This document shows positions 31,389 to 34,779 of a stretch of DNA of 34,779 nt, one piece after another (the stretch's first letter is position 1; every line of letters starts with the position of its first letter). The notes beneath the pieces are model-generated. The model saw nothing but the letters and a program-made list of their open reading frames with translations, did no database searches and was not told where the DNA came from. The stretch covers positions 1-34,779 of the forward strand of contig JAOZOT010000005.1 of the NCBI GenBank assembly GCA_029933115.1, read 5' to 3'. The DNA is from Anaerolineae bacterium (lineage in GTDB: Bacteria > Chloroflexota > Anaerolineae > E26-bin7). The position numbers and the translations under genes were made by a program.

Positions 31389-33295
31389 AATTGCAATCTC
31401 CTGGCGCTATCGCGCAAAGTTCCACCATCTGTAGCAACCAATGCGGGCGCGCCCTGACGCACGATGCCGGACTTTGCGATGTTGAGAAGGATATTCTTTA
31501 GCTCGTTGATTCCGACGTCTTTGGTATATACAGGATTATTCGCATTAGCCCCTCTGTTAGATGCTTTGCCACCAAACAGGTTGCCGAGCACGCCACCAAT
31601 GGCTGTGCCAATAGGCCCGAAGGCGCTTCCCGCGATGGGGAGTATTGACGCCAGTATTCCTTTTGCGCCGCCGCCGCCTGCTGCCGCGCCAATACCCGCA
31701 GCGGCTACCGCTTCCCAGAATGATTTGCCGAACCTCTTGCCGGACTTCTCGCCTTCATCGTCCATATCTTCGAAGCCCAGGAACGATTTTACCCACGCTT
31801 CGCCTTTGCCCTCAAATCCGTATGTATATGTTTTCCACTTGGTGGCAGCACCAGCAGCCCCAGCAACTGCGCCCGTTATCGGCGACATTGGCGGCAATTT
31901 CGCTGATGCAATTGTGAGCGCCCCTATATTGTCCGTAAGTTCTTTTACCTTATCGGCGGCATCTTTTGCTGAACCGCCTGTCTTATCCAGCGTGTCTGCA
32001 AGCGCCTTTGATGCACCGGCTGCGGCAGTTGACGAACCGGTAAGCTCCTGTGTGCGGGAATTCAATTCGTTCTGTATGTCAGTAAGCTCGCCCTGCACTT
32101 CAGTCATTGCCACTATTGTATCGGCATAATTGCGCATTGTTAGCGCAGCGTCGGCTGTGGCTGCCGCGCTCTTATTGGCGCTTAGCTCGAAGTTCGCTAT
32201 CGTATAATTTAAATCAACGTGGCCGATTTTCACCGCTTTCATAAAACCTATATTGGCGTTGAAAATCGTATTCGCGGCAGCGATGAATTTGTTGATACTG
32301 CGGACGCCTCGTGCAATCAGTATATTTATTGCGTCAATGACGAGATTGACCGAATCCTGAACCGCCTTCAGGAATGCCGTCTCGCCCGCATTCAGCCAGC
32401 TCCATATCTGGTATGCTCCCATCTTGACGGCCTGCCACGCAACGCCCAATCCCGCAACAAACTTACCCAATGCCAGACCCGCGCGCGCGGTGCTGAACAT
32501 TACATCGCCAGTCCACCTTATCCAGGCTGAGCGGTTCTCCACAACGCTATCGGTGACTTCGGTGATTTTATTCGTTGTGAGCTTCAGTATTTCAATAAGC
32601 GCGGGATTCTGGGTTATAACCTTCCCTATCTCTTCTTTCAGGTCGCCCCAGGCGGCGTTAAGAATCCGCGTAGCGCCTTCCATCGTATTGGCGCGCTCAA
32701 TCGCCATATCCCAGCCCGCTGATGTTTTCTCCAGTATTTCCGCCAGCTTCTCGGTTTTGCTCGCAGCGGTGTCAACCTGTATGCCATATCGTGAAAATGC
32801 GTTGATATTTGAACTTAGCGTTTTCGCTAAGAGTATTCCCGCATCCTTGAATTGAACTCCGTAAAGCTCACTGATCTGCACAACCGCTTTCATCGCGTCC
32901 GGCAATGCCTGTTGCGACAGGCCGGTGATGGCTTCAATAGTGGCCATCGTCTGGAGCGTCATCTCATCGCCAACACCGATGGCGTTTTGCATCTCTTTGG
33001 CATATTCGCGCAGGACGTTGAATCCCTCGATGGTGTATTGGTTTTTAGCCCTAAGTGCGGCAATCAACCCTATTTCGGCAGCTTCCTGCTCCTGGGCTAG
33101 GCGCACGGCGTCTTTCATAAAGTTGATGAATCCGGTAACCGCGCGGTATCCGGCATAAGCTGCGATCAAGCCGGCGACAAGTTTGCCGAGATTGCGGAAA
33201 GGCGCGGCGGCCTTTTGCGCAATTGATGCGCTTCGCTTCACCGGCCCCGACAGCTTATCCTTCAAGCCTAGCACTACTTCCAGTATCTTCGTCAT
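31385..33295 (-). CDS. Tail tape measure protein (636 aa)
   Basis: LKDKLSGP start, AQEQEAAE, FSRYGI, AWGDLKEEIG, Ala/Gly-rich helical body; follows the chaperones. Confidence 0.9.
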   Translation of the reverse strand: MTKILEVVLGLKDKLSGPVKRSASIAQKAAAPFRNLGKLVAGLIAAYAGYRAVTGFINFMKDAVRLAQEQEAAEIGLIAALRAKNQYTIEGFNVLREYAKEMQNAIGVGDEMTLQTMATIEAITGLSQQALPDAMKAVVQISELYGVQFKDAGILLAKTLSSNINAFSRYGIQVDTAASKTEKLAEILEKTSAGWDMAIERANTMEGATRILNAAWGDLKEEIGKVITQNPALIEILKLTTNKITEVTDSVVENRSAWIRWTGDVMFSTARAGLALGKFVAGLGVAWQAVKMGAYQIWSWLNAGETAFLKAVQDSVNLVIDAINILIARGVRSINKFIAAANTIFNANIGFMKAVKIGHVDLNYTIANFELSANKSAAATADAALTMRNYADTIVAMTEVQGELTDIQNELNSRTQELTGSSTAAAGASKALADTLDKTGGSAKDAADKVKELTDNIGALTIASAKLPPMSPITGAVAGAAGAATKWKTYTYGFEGKGEAWVKSFLGFEDMDDEGEKSGKRFGKSFWEAVAAAGIGAAAGGGGAKGILASILPIAGSAFGPIGTAIGGVLGNLFGGKASNRGANANNPVYTKDVGINELKNILLNIAKSGIVRQGAPALVATDGGTLRDSARRLQL

Positions 33296-33299
33296 GCTC

Positions 33300-33644
33300 T
33301 TATCCGTTTTCCTCCCTCAAACGTGCTGCCTGTATTGCGTTCATCCGGTTATCGATAAACCTTATCGCCTCCAGATACCATGCGGGCTGGTCGGCGATAC
33401 CGCCAGCTTTTAGCAGAAACCCGTTTTTATAGTCTACATACATTTCCATGAACGCTCGCGCGAAAGGGCTGACTTCCAGCCAGGGGCACGTGGTGCTAAA
33501 AGTTTCAAAAACTTCATCACCGACCACCTCCTGCTTTAATCGCAGCCCGCCTTCAAGACACATCAGCGGGCATCTGTCAAGTTCGTTTTCGTTCAGTTCA
33601 CAGGTTCGGCACTCGTCGAAGTTTCCTCCGATGAGGTTGCAGTA
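33300..33644 (-). CDS. Tail assembly chaperone T segment (C-terminal part of the frameshifted GT product)
   Basis: The -1 frame is open from the GGGTTTT site to stop 33300; GGIADQPAWYLEA motif typical of T segments. Confidence 0.8.
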   Translation of the reverse strand, partial: YCNLIGGNFDECRTCELNENELDRCPLMCLEGGLRLKQEVVGDEVFETFSTTCPWLEVSPFARAFMEMYVDYKNGFLLKAGGIADQPAWYLEAIRFIDNRMNAIQAARLREENG

Positions 33645-34033
33645 AAACCCAGCTCTTCAGCCTCCTGTCCGGTCAGGCCGTGCGCCTCGTTCGCCGCGCG
33701 AAGCAATTCCCCGAAAAGTGTGGCGGGCAAGCGGTTGAGCGATGCACGGTTCACGCGCTCGTATTCCTTGCCGCCGATTTTCACGGTATTATACTCAAGC
33801 TCAAACGGGCCGTCCGCATCGGGGTCTTCCAGGCCGCGCAAGCCGCGCAGTGTCAGCCGTAAAATGTCGTAAGCCATTGAAATGGCGTCAACTTCACGCC
33901 CCTTCGTATGCATGGAAGTTACCTGCATCATCGCATCATTGGTTAGCGGAATGATGAGGTATTCGACGTTGCCATCGGGGTCGCACTTTGCGACCTGCCA
34001 GTTTTCACTCAATCGTTTTGGTAGTGCTTTCAT
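33593..34033 (-). CDS. Tail assembly chaperone G
   Basis: Between tail tube and tape measure; RBS AAGGAG; slippery site near the 3' end. Confidence 0.8.
   Translation of the reverse strand: MKALPKRLSENWQVAKCDPDGNVEYLIIPLTNDAMMQVTSMHTKGREVDAISMAYDILRLTLRGLRGLEDPDADGPFELEYNTVKIGGKEYERVNRASLNRLPATLFGELLRAANEAHGLTGQEAEELGFTATSSEETSTSAEPVN
33644..33650 (-). other. Programmed -1 ribosomal frameshift slippery site G GGT TTT
   Basis: X XXY YYZ heptamer in the correct phase near the end of the chaperone gene. Confidence 0.8.
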
Positions 34034-34045
34034 TGAATCTTCTCC

Positions 34046-34779
34046 TTAAGTCCAGGTAAACTGGAATTTGTTTTGCGAATCCATCGCGAACCGCGCCCGA
34101 CAATAATACAGGCCATCCTGCTCAAATATCTCCGGCGGTTCATTAAGGTAACCGTCAATGCTGTAATTGCAAGTGTTGCCTTCCGCCTTGCCGAGTTCAA
34201 GCGTAAAAGAAGCGCTCGTTTCGCTCGTGAAGATATTGTGAATGTTAAGGGTTGCCTGAGCGGGGAGCCGGAATTCTGCCTCAATTGTCGGAGCCTGATC
34301 AACAACACGTGGCACCTGGATACCCTGCACAGCGCCGCTGCCCAGATCGCGTTCCGCTACAGTTTCGTTGTTGAGCGCGAAGCGCAGACGACGGCATACA
34401 AGGTTGGCAGATGAGACGCCCGCGACAGTTGCATCTAACCCTGTGCATACAACGGGCGTTGTGGCTGTCCAGGCGCTTTCGGACGAACCCGCCTCGCTGG
34501 GCGCAACATACTGGCCGATAATGTTGTAAGTTGCCTTGCCCGGCTTGCCCGGCTCAAATTCGAATACAGCATCCGCAACAGCTTCATCAATCCCCTGGCA
34601 GAATCCGTTCCCAAGATACTGACGAACATCGATAGCCGTAAGGTCGCCGGGATTCGAATCGTCGTTAAGGTTGAGTTCGCCATCAGCAGCGTAAGTCACG
34701 CTAGTGCCGGAAACGATAGTTTCACTCAGACCGCAAGCCTTTAACAAGTCCTGATCAGGCGGCGCCACGCCAACCGTGC
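34046..34779 (-). CDS. Major tail (tube) protein, C-terminal part (start at 275 across the origin)
   Basis: APPDQDLLKACGLSETIVSGTSVTY, beta-rich and acidic, ends FQFTWT; directly upstream of chaperone G. Confidence 0.85.
   Translation of the reverse strand, partial: TVGVAPPDQDLLKACGLSETIVSGTSVTYAADGELNLNDDSNPGDLTAIDVRQYLGNGFCQGIDEAVADAVFEFEPGKPGKATYNIIGQYVAPSEAGSSESAWTATTPVVCTGLDATVAGVSSANLVCRRLRFALNNETVAERDLGSGAVQGIQVPRVVDQAPTIEAEFRLPAQATLNIHNIFTSETSASFTLELGKAEGNTCNYSIDGYLNEPPEIFEQDGLYYCRARFAMDSQNKFQFTWT
34725..34779. repeat. 55-bp terminal direct repeat (copy 2)
   Basis: Identical to 1..55. Confidence 0.97.

Noticed and set aside
1-34779. Alternative genetic code or stop-codon reassignment
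   Set aside because: Standard-code ORFs tile the genome densely, and TAA, TGA and TAG all end genes at sensible positions

Overview
The window is a complete, circularly closed tailed-phage (siphovirus-type) genome of 34,724 bp. The first 55 nt repeat exactly at the end, and the tail-tube gene reads through the junction. Almost all genes lie on the minus strand. From a divergent control region (~23.4-23.6 kb) the leftward order is: Cro-like HTH; phiC31 gp3/RDF-like protein; a single-chain SbcD-SbcC (Mre11-Rad50) fusion; a long array of small accessory genes (Nmad1-like protein, a truncated DNA methyltransferase, DnaA domain IV protein, membrane-anchored lytic transglycosylase, DUF5131); a replication initiator containing iteron-like repeats; and a sigma-region-4-like late activator next to 10-bp-phased repeats. 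The late genes follow: XhlA/holin-like genes, terminase, portal fused to a MuF/SPP1-gp7 domain, HK97 protease and capsid, neck, tail tube, G/GT chaperones with a GGGTTTT -1 frameshift, tape measure, tail tip and fibre, lipoprotein, CHAP endolysin, metallophosphoesterase and FmdB zinc ribbon. I see no integrase, CI-type repressor, polymerase, helicase, tRNA or CRISPR array. Where a lysogeny module would normally sit there is a three-gene plus-strand operon with a consensus promoter, a two-state T-loop RNA structure, an HExxH metalloprotease and an Xis-like HTH protein. All family assignments come from motif recognition by eye; no database search was run.
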